Positions 20,725-31,408 of a stretch of DNA of 64,000 bases are shown here, piece after piece. A program made the position numbers and the translations under genes. The notes under the pieces are model-generated. The model was given only the letters and a program-made list of their open reading frames with translations, was not told the DNA's origin and searched no databases. How positions within the stretch are numbered: the first letter of the stretch is position 1; each line of letters starts with the position of its first letter. The DNA comes from an uncultured Thermoplasmata archaeon (lineage in GTDB: Archaea; Thermoplasmatota; Thermoplasmata; Lutacidiplasmatales; UBA184): contig CAWJFK010000023.1 in assembly GCA_963842165.1 (NCBI GenBank), positions 110,817 to 174,816 of the forward strand, read 5' to 3'.

Positions 20725-21854
20725 GGGGAGGCGGTGGGGTCCCCACCGGGGCCGGTCGGAGGGTTGGGGGGACCCCACGGGATCTTCTCGTACCCCTTGG
20801 CGTAGTAGACCGCCATCGCGACCCCCCAGGACGCGAGGAAGAGGACGACGATGCCGATCCCGAGCGATTCGAAGTCGAGGTTGTCGATCCAGCCCCAGAC
20901 CGGGCCCTTCCAGCCGAGCTCGCCCGAGATCACCTGCAGGAGTTCCACGCCGCCGATCACGAAGGCAACCATGACCGAGATCACGGTCAGCGTGAGGTTG
21001 TAGAAGATCTTGCGAATCGGGTGGTTGAACGCCCATCCGTAGGCGTAGCGCATCGCGAACCCGTCCGTGGTGTCGGAGAAGACCATTCCGCACGTGAACA
21101 GGAGCGGGAGGATCAGGACCGCCCAGAGGGGGATTGCCCCCGACCCGGCCACGACGACGGCGAGACCGATGATCAGCACCTCGGTCGCGGTGTCGAAGCC
21201 GAGGCCGAACAGGACGCCGATCGGGTAGATTTGCCAGGGCTCGCTGACGACCCGGAAGAACCGGCCGAAGATCCGATTGAGGAACCCCCGCTTGTTCAAC
21301 TGCTCGTCCAGCGCCACCTGGTCGAGCTCGCGGTCCCGCACGCCGCGGAACATCCGGTAGACGTCGAGCACGATGATCACGTTCACGATCCCGATGAGGA
21401 CCAGGAAGACGCCGGAGATGAGAGTCCCGAGGACGGCCCCGACGGCGGCGAACGTATCGTACTGCTGCTGGATGAACTCCGTGACGACCACGAGGGCGAC
21501 GATCATCCCGCACACGATGGTCGAGTGGCCGAGAGAGAACCACGTCCCGACCGTCAGGGGCCGCTTTCCGTCGTGGAGGAGCTTCCGGGTCGTGTTGTCG
21601 ATGGCGGCGATGTGGTCGGCGTCGAAGCCATGGCGAACGCCGAGGATGTAGGCGGTGATCGCGAGGCCAGTAAAGAGCAGGCCCCCCGCCGTGATCTCCC
21701 CAGGATAGTGGTGGGGTAGGTAGGCGAACGCCGCGGCGAAGGCGAGGACGGTCACGACGAGGAGCGCGCCGTAGATCGCGGCCATCTTGAGGACCTCCAG
21801 CGGCCGCAAGCGGAGGTCGCCGTTGGAGGAGGTCGGCGGCGAATCGGAGGCCAT
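20721..21854 (-). CDS. NiCoT (HoxN/HupN/NixA) nickel/cobalt transporter
   Basis: LGVRHGFDADHIAAIDN, FSLGHSTIV, LFGLGFDTATEV. Confidence 0.95.
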   Translation of the reverse strand: MASDSPPTSSNGDLRLRPLEVLKMAAIYGALLVVTVLAFAAAFAYLPHHYPGEITAGGLLFTGLAITAYILGVRHGFDADHIAAIDNTTRKLLHDGKRPLTVGTWFSLGHSTIVCGMIVALVVVTEFIQQQYDTFAAVGAVLGTLISGVFLVLIGIVNVIIVLDVYRMFRGVRDRELDQVALDEQLNKRGFLNRIFGRFFRVVSEPWQIYPIGVLFGLGFDTATEVLIIGLAVVVAGSGAIPLWAVLILPLLFTCGMVFSDTTDGFAMRYAYGWAFNHPIRKIFYNLTLTVISVMVAFVIGGVELLQVISGELGWKGPVWGWIDNLDFESLGIGIVVLFLASWGVAMAVYYAKGYEKIPWGPPNPPTGPGGDPTASP

Positions 21855-21885
21855 CGGAGACTCCACGGACGAGCACGGCTTAACG

Positions 21886-21913
21886 GTTATGTCGCTTTTT
21901 CAAATCGTCATAC
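21886..21913. promoter_or_regulatory. NikR-type operator
   Basis: GTTATG-N16-TCATAC versus the E. coli consensus GTATGA-N16-TCATAC, just upstream of NiCoT-nikR. Confidence 0.75.
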
Positions 21914-21938
21914 TCCCGGACGGGTCCGGAGCGAGCGC

Positions 21939-22589
21939 TCAGCCGAGGGTCCTCGTCAGGACCGAGATCGCCGCGTTCAAGTCGTCCCGCTCGAGCAGGA
22001 AGATCGTGTCGGTGTAGCAACTCAGCGCCTCCACGATGTTGATGGCCTGCGCGGAGAGCACGCCGGTGAGGAGGGTCAGGAGGCCCGGGGTCTCCTCGAT
22101 GCTCTCGGGGCTCGCGACGGCGACCTCGACCAGGTTCTTGCGGACCCGAACGATCTGGCTCTCCCTCAGGGCGTGCGTGACCCGGGCGACCGAGTCCTCG
22201 TCCACGATGATCACGGTGCCCCGAGAGACCTGGATCAGTCGGCACAGCGAGTTCTCGTCGAGCAGTTCCTCGACCACGTCGCCGAGCCGCTGGAGGATGT
22301 CCGCTCCCTGGCTAACCGTGATCGTGGCGACCTTGGTCCGGGTCTCGATCCGGCTCTTGCGCAGGACACGTTGGACCCCGGCGGACCGGGCGGATTCCCC
22401 TCGGCCGCGCGGGTAGCGACGGCACGCCGCGATCACGGCTTCGGTCTGGCGCACTTCGAGGTCCGCGGAGATGCGGCGGGCGACGGCCGAGTAGTTCGCG
22501 ACCCCCCGGCGGAGCGCGTCCGCGAGGACGGGCTGGCCATCCAAGTACTCGCGGACTCGCCGCGCGATCGAGATCGGGTGGTCCGGCAT
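21939..22589 (-). CDS. Archaeal ACT-domain protein with N-terminal helical (HTH-like) domain
   Basis: ADALRRGVANYSAVARRI...AVIAACRRY; ETPGLLTLLTGVLSAQAINIVEALSCYTDTIFLL. Confidence 0.8.
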   Translation of the reverse strand: MPDHPISIARRVREYLDGQPVLADALRRGVANYSAVARRISADLEVRQTEAVIAACRRYPRGRGESARSAGVQRVLRKSRIETRTKVATITVSQGADILQRLGDVVEELLDENSLCRLIQVSRGTVIIVDEDSVARVTHALRESQIVRVRKNLVEVAVASPESIEETPGLLTLLTGVLSAQAINIVEALSCYTDTIFLLERDDLNAAISVLTRTLG

Positions 22590-22601
22590 AGATGTCTGAT
22601 T

Positions 22602-22650
22602 TTGGACAGTACTGCCCAATCGTGTCGCCACACGGTCACATGGTATAAAT
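22602..22650. promoter_or_regulatory. 18-bp palindrome plus TATA box between the divergent ACT gene and argG
   Basis: TTGGACAGTACTGCCCAA (22602-22619, one mismatched pair); TATAAA / TTTATA at 22644-22649. Confidence 0.6.
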
Positions 22651-22688
22651 CCGTCAGGGGTCCTCGGGACGCGCGTAAGGCACGCGCG

Positions 22689-23924
22689 ATGGGTCCCCCG
22701 AAGGTTGTACTGGCGTACTCGGGGGGTCTCGACACTTCGATCGCGATCCCTTGGTTGAAGGAGAAGAAGGGCTTCGACGTCGTGGCGGTCACCGTCGACG
22801 TCGGCCAGCCGGTCGACCTCGCGCGGGTCCGGGCCAAGGCGGAGGCCTCGGGCGCGGTCGCCGCGTACGTCGCCGACGCGCGTCGCGAATTCGCGGAGGA
22901 GTTCATTGCCCCCGCCCTGCGGGCGAACGCCCTCTACGAGGGAGTCTACCCGCTCAGCACGGCGCTCGCCCGCCCCCTCATCGGGCGCCATCTGGTGACG
23001 GTCGCTCGCCGGGAAGGCGCGACCCACGTGGCCCACGGGTGCACGGGGAAGGGAAACGACCAGGTCCGATTCGAGCTCGCGACGACGAGCCTCGCGCCCG
23101 AGCTCGAGGTCATCGCGCCCACCCGGGAGTGGAAAATGACCCGCGAGGAGGAGATCGTCTACGCACAGCAGCACCACATCCCGGTGGAGGCCACTCGGGC
23201 TTCCCCCTACTCCACCGACGAGAACCTCTGGGGTCGATCTGTGGAGTGCGGGATCCTCGAGGACCCGGCCATCGAACCCCCGGAGGAGGCGTACGGTTGG
23301 ACGACCTCGCCGCAGGCCGCACCGGACACCCCCGCGTACGTGCGGTTGACCTTCGATCATGGACTACCGGCTACGCTCGACGGCGAGCCCCTCCCGCTCC
23401 ACGAGCTGATCCTCCGCCTCAATCGAACGGCGGGCGCCCATGGCATCGGCCGGATCGACCACCTCGAATCCCGAGTCGTCGGGATCAAGTCACGGGAGGT
23501 CTACGAGTGCCCGGCCGCCACGGTGCTCATCCGGGCCCACCAGGCGCTCGAAGCGCTCGTCCTTCCCCGCGACGTGCTCGATTTCAAGCGGACGGTCGAG
23601 CAGCGCTACGCCCAGCTCATCTACGACGGCCTTTGGTTCGCCCCGCTGCGCTCCGCCCTCGACGGGTTCGTCGATTCGACCCAGGAGCGCGTCTCCGGCG
23701 AGGTCGCCGTCAAGCTGTTCAAGGGGTCGGCGACGGTCACCGGCCGACGCTCCCCGCACGCTCTCTACCAGCACGACCTCGCAACGTACTCGAAGGGGGA
23801 CCGGTTCCGGCAGGAGATGTCGGAGGGGTTCATCTACGTCTGGGGATTGCCCGCCCGCACCTGGAGCGCCATCGGTGCCCGGGCCGAACCCGCCTCGCCG
23901 CCTCTCGCGAAGCAGCGCCGCTAG
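22689..23924 (+). CDS. argG: Argininosuccinate synthase
   Basis: VVLAYSGGLDTS, HGCTGKGNDQVRFE, YSTDENLWGRS, GIKSREVYE. Confidence 0.97.
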   Translation: MGPPKVVLAYSGGLDTSIAIPWLKEKKGFDVVAVTVDVGQPVDLARVRAKAEASGAVAAYVADARREFAEEFIAPALRANALYEGVYPLSTALARPLIGRHLVTVARREGATHVAHGCTGKGNDQVRFELATTSLAPELEVIAPTREWKMTREEEIVYAQQHHIPVEATRASPYSTDENLWGRSVECGILEDPAIEPPEEAYGWTTSPQAAPDTPAYVRLTFDHGLPATLDGEPLPLHELILRLNRTAGAHGIGRIDHLESRVVGIKSREVYECPAATVLIRAHQALEALVLPRDVLDFKRTVEQRYAQLIYDGLWFAPLRSALDGFVDSTQERVSGEVAVKLFKGSATVTGRRSPHALYQHDLATYSKGDRFRQEMSEGFIYVWGLPARTWSAIGARAEPASPPLAKQRR

Positions 23925-23941
23925 AAGCCTCAGGGCCATCC

Positions 23942-25363
23942 ATGTCGAACTCTCACCCCGTTCCCGCCTACGTTCGAACGCCCTTTGGGGAGTACCTGAA
24001 CTCCCTAGAGGTCGACCGCACGCTCGCCCCGTACGACCTCGCCGGCAGCGTTGCCCACGCCGAAATGCTGGGGCGAGTCGGGATCCTACCGGCCGCCGAA
24101 TCCTCCGCGCTCGTCCGTGGACTCCGGCAGATCGCCCTCGAGATTCGAGAGGGCTCGTTCCCCTGGCGCTCGGAACTCGAGGACGTGCACACGAACGTCG
24201 AGGTCCGCTTGATCGAGCTCGTTGGGCCAGTGGGCGGGAAACTGCACACCGCCCGCAGCCGCAACGACCAGGTCGCGCTCGACGAGCGGCTCTTCCTCCG
24301 CGCCGCGGTCCACCAGATCGGCACAGCGCTGCTCGGGCTCCAGGGCGTCCTCCTAGCGCAGGCCACGCGGGAGCAGGCGACCCTCATCCCGGGGTACACG
24401 CATCTCCAGCGCGCCCAACCGATCACGTTCGGGCACCTTCTGCTCGCCCACTTCTGGAGGTTTGACCGCGACCTCGACCGACTCCTCGCTACCAGTCAGC
24501 GGGCCAACGTCTCACCTTTGGGCGCCGGGGCCCTGGCCGGTTCGACTCTCCCTATCGACCCGGCCTGGGTCGCTTCCCGGCTCGGGTTCGACGGTCCTTT
24601 CCAGAACTCAGTCGATGCGGTGAGCGACCGGGACCCTTTCGCGGAGCTTCTGTTCGACCTCGCGTTGCTGGCGGTTCACGCGAGCGGCCTCGGCGAAGAG
24701 GTGGTGCTGTTCGCGACCAAGGAGTTCGGGTTCATCGACCGGTCCTCTGCCCTCGGGTCCGGTTCGAGCCTGATGCCTCAGAAACGCAATCCGGACGCCG
24801 CCGAGCTCATTCGTGGCCAGTCGGGCCGCGTCGTAGGCGACCTCGTCTCGCTCCTGGTGACCCTCAAGGGACTTCCGCTCGCGTACGACCGGGACCTGCA
24901 GGAGGACAAGCCTCCTGTTTGGGACGCCCTGACCACGATGGGCTCGGCGCTGGAAGCGCTCCGAACGGTCGTCGAAGGGCTCGTCCTCGACCGGACCCGA
25001 TTGTCCGAAGCAGCGAGCGACCCCGAGCTGCTCGCGACGGACGTCGCCGAGCACCTTGTCGCCCGGGGCGTACCGTTCCGGGAGGCGCATGAGGCCGTCT
25101 CGGCCCATTTCCTGGCCAACGGCGGCCGCCTCGACCCGGCCCTCGTGGCCGAAATCCCCGGGGTCGACCCGGCGCTCGCCTCCTCCTTGGACGCCCCTTC
25201 GGCCCTCGCTCGGCGATCCTCGCCGGGAGGTCCCGGGCCCTCCTCCCTCCGCCACCAGCTCGAGGCCGCCCATTCGGCGCTCTCCGCGCGGCGGGCTTCC
25301 CTGTCCTCGCTCGGCCGGAAGGTCGGGCTCGTCGAGGATCTATTGAACGAGGAACGAACATGA
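23942..25363 (+). CDS. argH: Argininosuccinate lyase
   Basis: EDVH, HTARSRNDQV, PGYTHLQRAQP, GSSLMPQKRNPD. Confidence 0.96.
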   Translation: MSNSHPVPAYVRTPFGEYLNSLEVDRTLAPYDLAGSVAHAEMLGRVGILPAAESSALVRGLRQIALEIREGSFPWRSELEDVHTNVEVRLIELVGPVGGKLHTARSRNDQVALDERLFLRAAVHQIGTALLGLQGVLLAQATREQATLIPGYTHLQRAQPITFGHLLLAHFWRFDRDLDRLLATSQRANVSPLGAGALAGSTLPIDPAWVASRLGFDGPFQNSVDAVSDRDPFAELLFDLALLAVHASGLGEEVVLFATKEFGFIDRSSALGSGSSLMPQKRNPDAAELIRGQSGRVVGDLVSLLVTLKGLPLAYDRDLQEDKPPVWDALTTMGSALEALRTVVEGLVLDRTRLSEAASDPELLATDVAEHLVARGVPFREAHEAVSAHFLANGGRLDPALVAEIPGVDPALASSLDAPSALARRSSPGGPGPSSLRHQLEAAHSALSARRASLSSLGRKVGLVEDLLNEERT

Positions 25364-25521
25364 CACAGTGCCCTGAGTGCGAAGCGTCCGTCGAGAACCA
25401 CGACAAGATCATGGGGGAGGTCTTCCCCTGCACCGACTGCGGAACGGAGCTCGAAGTCCTCCGGACGGAACCGTTCTCGGTCCAGCCCGCGCCCAAGGAA
25501 GCCGAGGATTGGGGTGAGTGA
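25360..25521 (+). CDS. lysW: Amino-group carrier protein LysW/ArgW (53 aa)
   Basis: MTQCPECEAS...CTDCGTELEV...EAEDWGE; below the ORF-track length cutoff. Confidence 0.96.
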   Translation: MTQCPECEASVENHDKIMGEVFPCTDCGTELEVLRTEPFSVQPAPKEAEDWGE

Positions 25522-26365
25522 AGGGTTCTCGCTCGGGGTCTTCTACACGATCATCCGACCCGAGGAGAAGGCGATCCTGGCCGCCGCCGAGGCGCGCGGG
25601 ATCGCGGTCCAGCGGATCGACGACGGGCAGACGACCTTCGGGCTCGAGCGGCCCGACGGGCTCCCGGACGTCGTCGTCAACCGCTCGGTGAGTCACACGC
25701 GCTCGCTCTACGCGACCCGGTGCTTCGCTCACTACGGAGTGCCGACGGTCAACACCCCGGACGTGACCGAGCTCGCCGGGGACAAAATCCTCACGTCGCT
25801 CCGTCTCGCGGAGCGGGGGATCCCGACGCCCCGGACGGTCATCGCGCTCTCGCCCGAGGCGGCGATGCTTGCGATCGAGGAGGTCGGGTACCCCGCCGTC
25901 CTCAAGCCGGCGGTCGGGTCCTGGGGGCGCCTCATGGCCAAGGTCGACAACGCCGAGGATGCAGAGCAGATCCTCGAGCACAAGGCCGCTCTGACCTCGC
26001 CCGTCCATTCCGTGATCTACGTCCAGGAGTACGTCCCGAAGCCGGGCCGGGACCTCCGCGTGTTCGTCGTCGGTGAGGAAGTGGTCGCGGCCATGTACCG
26101 TCGGAGTGCGGACTGGCGCACGAACGCGGCCCGCGGCGCGACGACGGAGGCGGCCCGCGTTACGCCCGAGCTCCGGGAGCTCGCCCTGAAGGCGGCGGAG
26201 GCGGTGGGCGGCGGAGTTCTCGCGGTCGACCTGATGGAGGCTCCGAGCGGCCTCGTCGTCCACGAGGTCAATCCGACCCCGGAATTCAAGGCGCTCAGCG
26301 CCGTGACGGGAGCCGACGTCGCCGGCAAGATCGTCGAGTACGCGGTCCGCGTGGGCCATCGATGA
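25514..26365 (+). CDS. lysX: LysX/ArgX ATP-grasp ligase
   Basis: VLKPAVGSWGRL, YVQEYVPKPGRDLR, WRTNAARG, HEVNPTPEFK. Confidence 0.92.
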   Translation: MSEGFSLGVFYTIIRPEEKAILAAAEARGIAVQRIDDGQTTFGLERPDGLPDVVVNRSVSHTRSLYATRCFAHYGVPTVNTPDVTELAGDKILTSLRLAERGIPTPRTVIALSPEAAMLAIEEVGYPAVLKPAVGSWGRLMAKVDNAEDAEQILEHKAALTSPVHSVIYVQEYVPKPGRDLRVFVVGEEVVAAMYRRSADWRTNAARGATTEAARVTPELRELALKAAEAVGGGVLAVDLMEAPSGLVVHEVNPTPEFKALSAVTGADVAGKIVEYAVRVGHR

Positions 26366-27390
26366 AGGTCGCGGTCGTCGGGGGCTCGGGCTACGTGGGC
26401 GGAGAGCTCCTCCGCCTGCTGCTGCGCCACCCCGAAGTCGAAGTGGGCCAGGTCACCTCCGACTCGATGGCGGGCAAACCGCTCGCCCGAGCCCACCCGA
26501 ACCTCCGGAAGGTCAGCTCGCTCCTCTTCACGCCGCACGCGAGCCTCCAGCCCGCGGACGCGACCTTCGTCGCCACTCCGCACGGGGAGTCGATGGGTCG
26601 CGTGCCCGAGATCGCGGACGCGGGCGGGCTCCTCTTCGACCTCTCGGCGGACTTCCGACTGCGCGACCCCGAGGAGTACCTTCGGTACTGACGGTCGGGT
26701 CCACCCCCGACCGGACCTGCTCGCCTCCGCGGTCTATGGCCTTCCCGAGCTGCATCGGGAAGCGCTCCGGACGGCCGCGATTGTCGCGGTCCCGGGGTGT
26801 ATCGCCACCGCTTCGATTCTCGCGTTGCACCCGCTCGTCCGGGCGGGACTGGTCGACCCCGCTCATGTCGTTGTGGACGCGAAATCTGGCTCCTCGGCGA
26901 GCGGCCGGGACTCCGGGCCGGCCGGGCCTTCACGCCGAGCGGTCGGGCGTCATGCGCGCGTACGCACCTACCGGTCACCGGCACACCGCCGAGATCGAGC
27001 AGGAGACCGGGGTGCGGGTCGCCCTGTCGTGCCACGCGGTCGAGGCGGTGCGAGGAGTGCTCGCGACCGTGCACGCCTTCACCGCCCGTCCGGTCGAGGA
27101 GAAGGAGCTCTGGCGGATCTCATCGGGCCGCGTACGGGAGCGAGCCGTTCGTCCGGATCGTGCACGAGTCGGATGGGATCTTCCGCGAGCCCGAACCCAA
27201 GATCCTGGCGGGGAGCAACTTCTGTGATATCGGCTTCGCCGTGGACCCCCATGCCCAGCGGGTCGTGGCCCTGGCCGCGCTCGACAACCTCATGAAGGGC
27301 GCGGCGGGGGCGGCCGTTCAGTGCTTCAACCTCCGCGCCGGCCTCCCGGAGACCACGGGCCTCGACTTCCTCGGCCTCCACCCGATCTAG
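26362..27390 (+). CDS. lysY: [LysW]-gamma-phosphate reductase (LysY/ArgC); indels
   Basis: VVGGSGYVGGELLRLL, DLSADFRL, YGLPELHR, PGCIAT, LDNLMKGAAG. Confidence 0.92.
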
Positions 27391-27399
27391 GGGGCTCGC

Positions 27400-28197
27400 G
27401 TGACGCTCGTGGTCAAGGTGGGCGGAGCCACCGGGAACGCGATCGACCCGGTTCTGGACGATCTCGCGGCCCGGACCGACTTCGTCCTCGTGCACGGAGG
27501 CTCGGACGACGGTCGACCGACTCGGGGCCGCGCTCGGACGACCGGCCGAATACTACACGTCCCCCAGCGGGGTCGTTTCACGGAAGAGCACCCCGGCCCA
27601 CCTCGAGGTGGTCGTCCTGGCGCTCGCGGGCGCCGTCCAGACCCGCCTGGTCGCCGGCCTGGCCGCGCGGGGGCGAAGGGCGGTCGGCCTCTCCGGCGTG
27701 GACGGAGGCCTCCTGCGCGCCCATCGGAAGCAAGGGGCCCGAGCGGTGGTCGACGGTCGCGTCGTGCGCGTCGAGGACGACCGCTCCGGCTCGCTCGACG
27801 CGGTGGACCCCACGGTCCTTCGGCTGCTGCTGGGCGCGGGTCTGACACCCGTCGTGGGACCCCCCGCGGCGGACGAGCGCGGGGAGCTGCTCGAACGTCG
27901 ACGCCGACCGGGTGGCCGCGGCCGTCGCCGTCGCCCTCGGCGCCGAGGCGCTCGTCCTCCTCACCAACGTGAGCCGGCCTACGGCGAGATCCCGAAGACC
28001 CGAGCTCGGTCATTCCCCGGGTGGCGAAGGCCCAGGTGGACTCCGTCCTACCGTTCGCCGGCGGCCGGATGAAGAAGAAAGTCCTGGCCGCGCAGGAGGC
28101 TCTCGCGGGCGGCGTGGGATCCGTCGTGATCGCGTCGTCCGAAGGGAAGGATCCGGTCGGTCGAGCGCTCGCCGGGTCCGGGACCGTGTTCCGATGA
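27400..28197 (+). CDS. lysZ: [LysW]-amino acid kinase (LysZ/ArgB); indels
   Basis: VVKVGGA, VLVHGGS, GLSGVDG, NVDADRVAAAVA, MKKKVLAA. Confidence 0.9.
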
Positions 28198-29338
28198 CCG
28201 ACGGCGGGGCGTTCTTCCCACCGTCGCGCGCGGGGCCGGCCCTCGTCCGCGGGGAGGGCGCATCCCTCTGGGACCGTTCGGGCCGTCGCTTCGTCGACCT
28301 GGGGGCCTCTCACGGAGTCGGGAACCTCGGCGCGAGCCATCCCGAGGTCGTCCGGGCGATCCAGCGTCAGGCCGCCGAGCTCCTCTACCTCGGCGCGGGC
28401 TACGATGTCCCGGCGCGGACCGAGTTCGTCGACCGACTGCTGGGGCTGCTGCCCCCGTCGCTCAACCGCGTCTTCCTCTCTAACTCCGGGACCGAGGCGG
28501 TCGAGGCCGCGATCAAGTTCGCCCGTTCCGCGACCGGCCGACCGAAGGTCGTCGCCGCGATGCGCGGCTTCCACGGCCGGACGTACGGAGCACTCAGCGC
28601 GACGTGGAAGAAGGAGTTCCGGGAACCGTTCGAGCCCCTCGTTCCCGGGTTCGTCCACGTCCCCTTCAACGACGAGGTGGCCCTCGCGGCCGCCATCGAC
28701 GAGACCACCGCGCTCGTCCTGCTCGAACCGGTCCAAGGGGAGGGGGGCGTTCACGTGGCGACTCCCGAGTTCCTGGCGGTGGCCCGGGAGCGAGCGTCCG
28801 AGACGGGGGCCCTCCTCGCGTGGGACGAGGTGCAGACGGGCGTGGGCCGGACGGCAGACTGTTCGCGTTCGAGCGGTGGGGCATCGTCCCGGACCTCCTC
28901 GTGCTCGCCAAGTCGCTCGCCGGCGGGTTCCCGATCGGGGCCACCGTGACCACCGAGGACGTGCGCCGCCGTTTCCGTGGGAGCCACCACTCGACCTTCG
29001 GTGGCAACCCCCTCGCGTGCGCGGCCGGTCGCGCGGCGTTGGACGTCACCGTGCGTGAACGATTGTCGGAGCGGGCCGACCGTCTGGGCGAATACGCTCG
29101 GGAGCGGTTGGGTCATCTGCCGCCCGAGAAGGTACGTGAGGTCCGGGGGCTCGGTCTCCTGATCGGCGTGGAGCTGCGGGAGCGAGTCGCGCCCGGTTCT
29201 TGCAGCCCTCGAAGAACGGGGGTTCCTTGCGATCCGGCCGGCGCGACGGTCCTCCGCCTCCTCCCTCCTCTCGTCATCGCCGAGGACGACCTGCGGGCGG
29301 GCCTCGAGGCGATCGAGGAGGTGATCGGCCGTGGATGA
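28194..29338 (+). CDS. lysJ: [LysW]-semialdehyde aminotransferase (LysJ/ArgD); indels
   Basis: [47 protein letters not shown]. Confidence 0.92.
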
Positions 29339-30393
29339 GGCCGACGTGCTCGTCCCGGTTGCTCCGACCATACAGCCCGAGCAGGGCCGAGGGGCCCGCG
29401 GTGCGCTCGTTCGTCCGCGTCGCTCGCGAGCTCGGGTACTCGGCCCGGCGCGACGCCGCCGGTAATGGGGTCGCGCGCCGGGGCCGTGGCCGTCCGCGGG
29501 TCGTCTTCCTCGGGCACATCGACACCGTCCCGGGCCGCCGGCCGGTCCGTCGCGCGACCGGACGGGTGTTCGGTCGCGGGGCGGTCGATGCCAAGGGCCC
29601 CCTGGCCGCCGCGCTCGTGGCCGGGTCCCGGTTCGGCGGACCCGGTACGCTCGAGGTCGTCGCCACCGTCGGCGAGGAGACCGACAGCCGAGGCGCCCGC
29701 CACCTCGCCCGACAGCGAGGGGTCGACGCCGTCATCGCGGGGGAGCCGAGCCGATGGGACGGGATCACGATCGGTTACAAGGGCGACCTCCGCGTGACGG
29801 CCCGGTTCCGGGGAGGGCGGAGCCATTACTCGTCGCCTCGACCGACCGTCGCCGATACCGCGCTGATGTGGGTCCAGTGCGTGCGGTCCTCCCCCTCGCT
29901 GGTGCCAGCCGCTTCCCCGTTCCGTTCTCTCACCGCCAAGGTCGTGGGGATTCAGACGGGCGGCGACGATGCGGAATGGGCCACCGTCACTCTCGACCTT
30001 CGGATCCCGCCGGGGGGTTCGACCGCGGAGGTGCTCCGCGGACTTCCCCGGAACCCGGCCGACCCCGCCCTGCGGCCGTTCGTCCGGATCGAGCCGATCG
30101 AGGTCGACCGAACGAACCCGGTGGTCCGCGCGCTCGAAGCCGGCATCCGTGCGGAGGGAGGGCGCCCGACCCTCTGGCGGAAGTCGGGGTCGTCGGACCT
30201 CAACCTGGTCGCGCCGGTGTGGCGAGCGTCCGGAGCCGCCTACGGACCCGGGAATCCCCACCTCGACCATACCGCGCACGAGTGGGTCTCGGTGCGGGAG
30301 CTGGGTCGGGCGGTTCGGGTCCTGGAGGCCGCCTTCCGGCAGCTCGCGGGCGAGCTCGCTACTCCTCGAGGATCGGGCGGCGGTGGTGGATGA
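29331..30393 (+). CDS. lysK: [LysW]-lysine/ornithine hydrolase (LysK/ArgE, peptidase M20)
   Basis: [35 protein letters not shown]...LDHT. Confidence 0.9.
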
Positions 30394-31235
30394 AGTCGCC
30401 GCGATCGAGCTCCTGCATCGCGGTGACCAGCTCGGAGCGCGTGTTCATGACGATCGGACCGTACCAGGCGACGGGTTCGTGGAGCGGGCGTCCCGACACG
30501 AGAAGGAATCGGAACCCCGCATCGCCCGCGCGGGCGTTCACCGCCCGGCCCGGACCGAAGAGGACCGTCTCACCGGAGTCGACCGCGCTCCCATCCGCCC
30601 CGCCGAAGCTTCCCTGACCCTCGATCGCGTGAGCGAAGGCCGTGTACCCCGAGTGCGTCGGGAGCTCGAACGTCGCTCCGGCCGGGACCGTCACGTCGAG
30701 GTAGGTCGGGTCGACCGGGATACCCCGCACGGGACCCTCCACGGCCCCGTAGGTCCCGGCCACGACCTTCACTCGACTCCCCTCGTCGGTGGAGACGGTC
30801 GGAAGGTCGGGAGCGGTCAGGCCCCGATACGCGGGCACGCTCATCTTCTCCTTGGCCGGGAGGTTGACCCAGAGTTGAAAGCCCGCGAGCGCACCGTCCG
30901 TCCGCTCGGGCATCTCCTGGTGAATGATCCCGCTGCCCGAGTTCATCCACTGTACGTCGCCGGGTCCGATCACACCCTCGTTACCGAGCGTGTCGCCGTG
31001 GGCGACGCGTCCGTCGAGGATGTAGGTCACCGTCTCGATCCCCCGGTGGGGATGCCAAGGGAATCCGGCCATGTAGTCGGCCGGGTTGTTCGAGCCGAAC
31101 CGGTCCAGGAGGAGGAACGGGTCGAACAGCGGCACTTCCGGGTTGGAGAACGATCGGCGCAGGTGCACACCCGCGCCCTCGAGGGTCGGCACTCCCGGGG
31201 AAACGCTGGGAGATGGAACGGATCGGTTCGGTCAT
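30359..31235 (-). CDS. Pirin family protein
   Basis: [42 protein letters not shown]. Confidence 0.95.
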
Positions 31236-31408
31236 CGGGAGTCCCGGGGTTTTCAGTGGACCGACCCTCATAAACCCTCGGGCGGCGCTGGGTAGCTAGC
31301 TCTCCCCGGGGTAAGCTAGGGTCGCGTCGTGGGCAACCCGTCCCGGTTGCGGGCCTCCGAGGGAGGCTCGACCGCGTCACTAATACGCGAGGGCCCGGTC
31401 GCGCTTCG

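Noticed and set aside
20257-21876. 539-aa ORF with a long N-terminal extension on NikR
   Set aside because: The extension is an alternative frame of the NiCoT gene; NikR starts at 20724.
26680-26700. In-frame TGA in lysY as selenocysteine or readthrough
   Set aside because: Downstream homology resumes in a different frame, so it is a single-base insertion.
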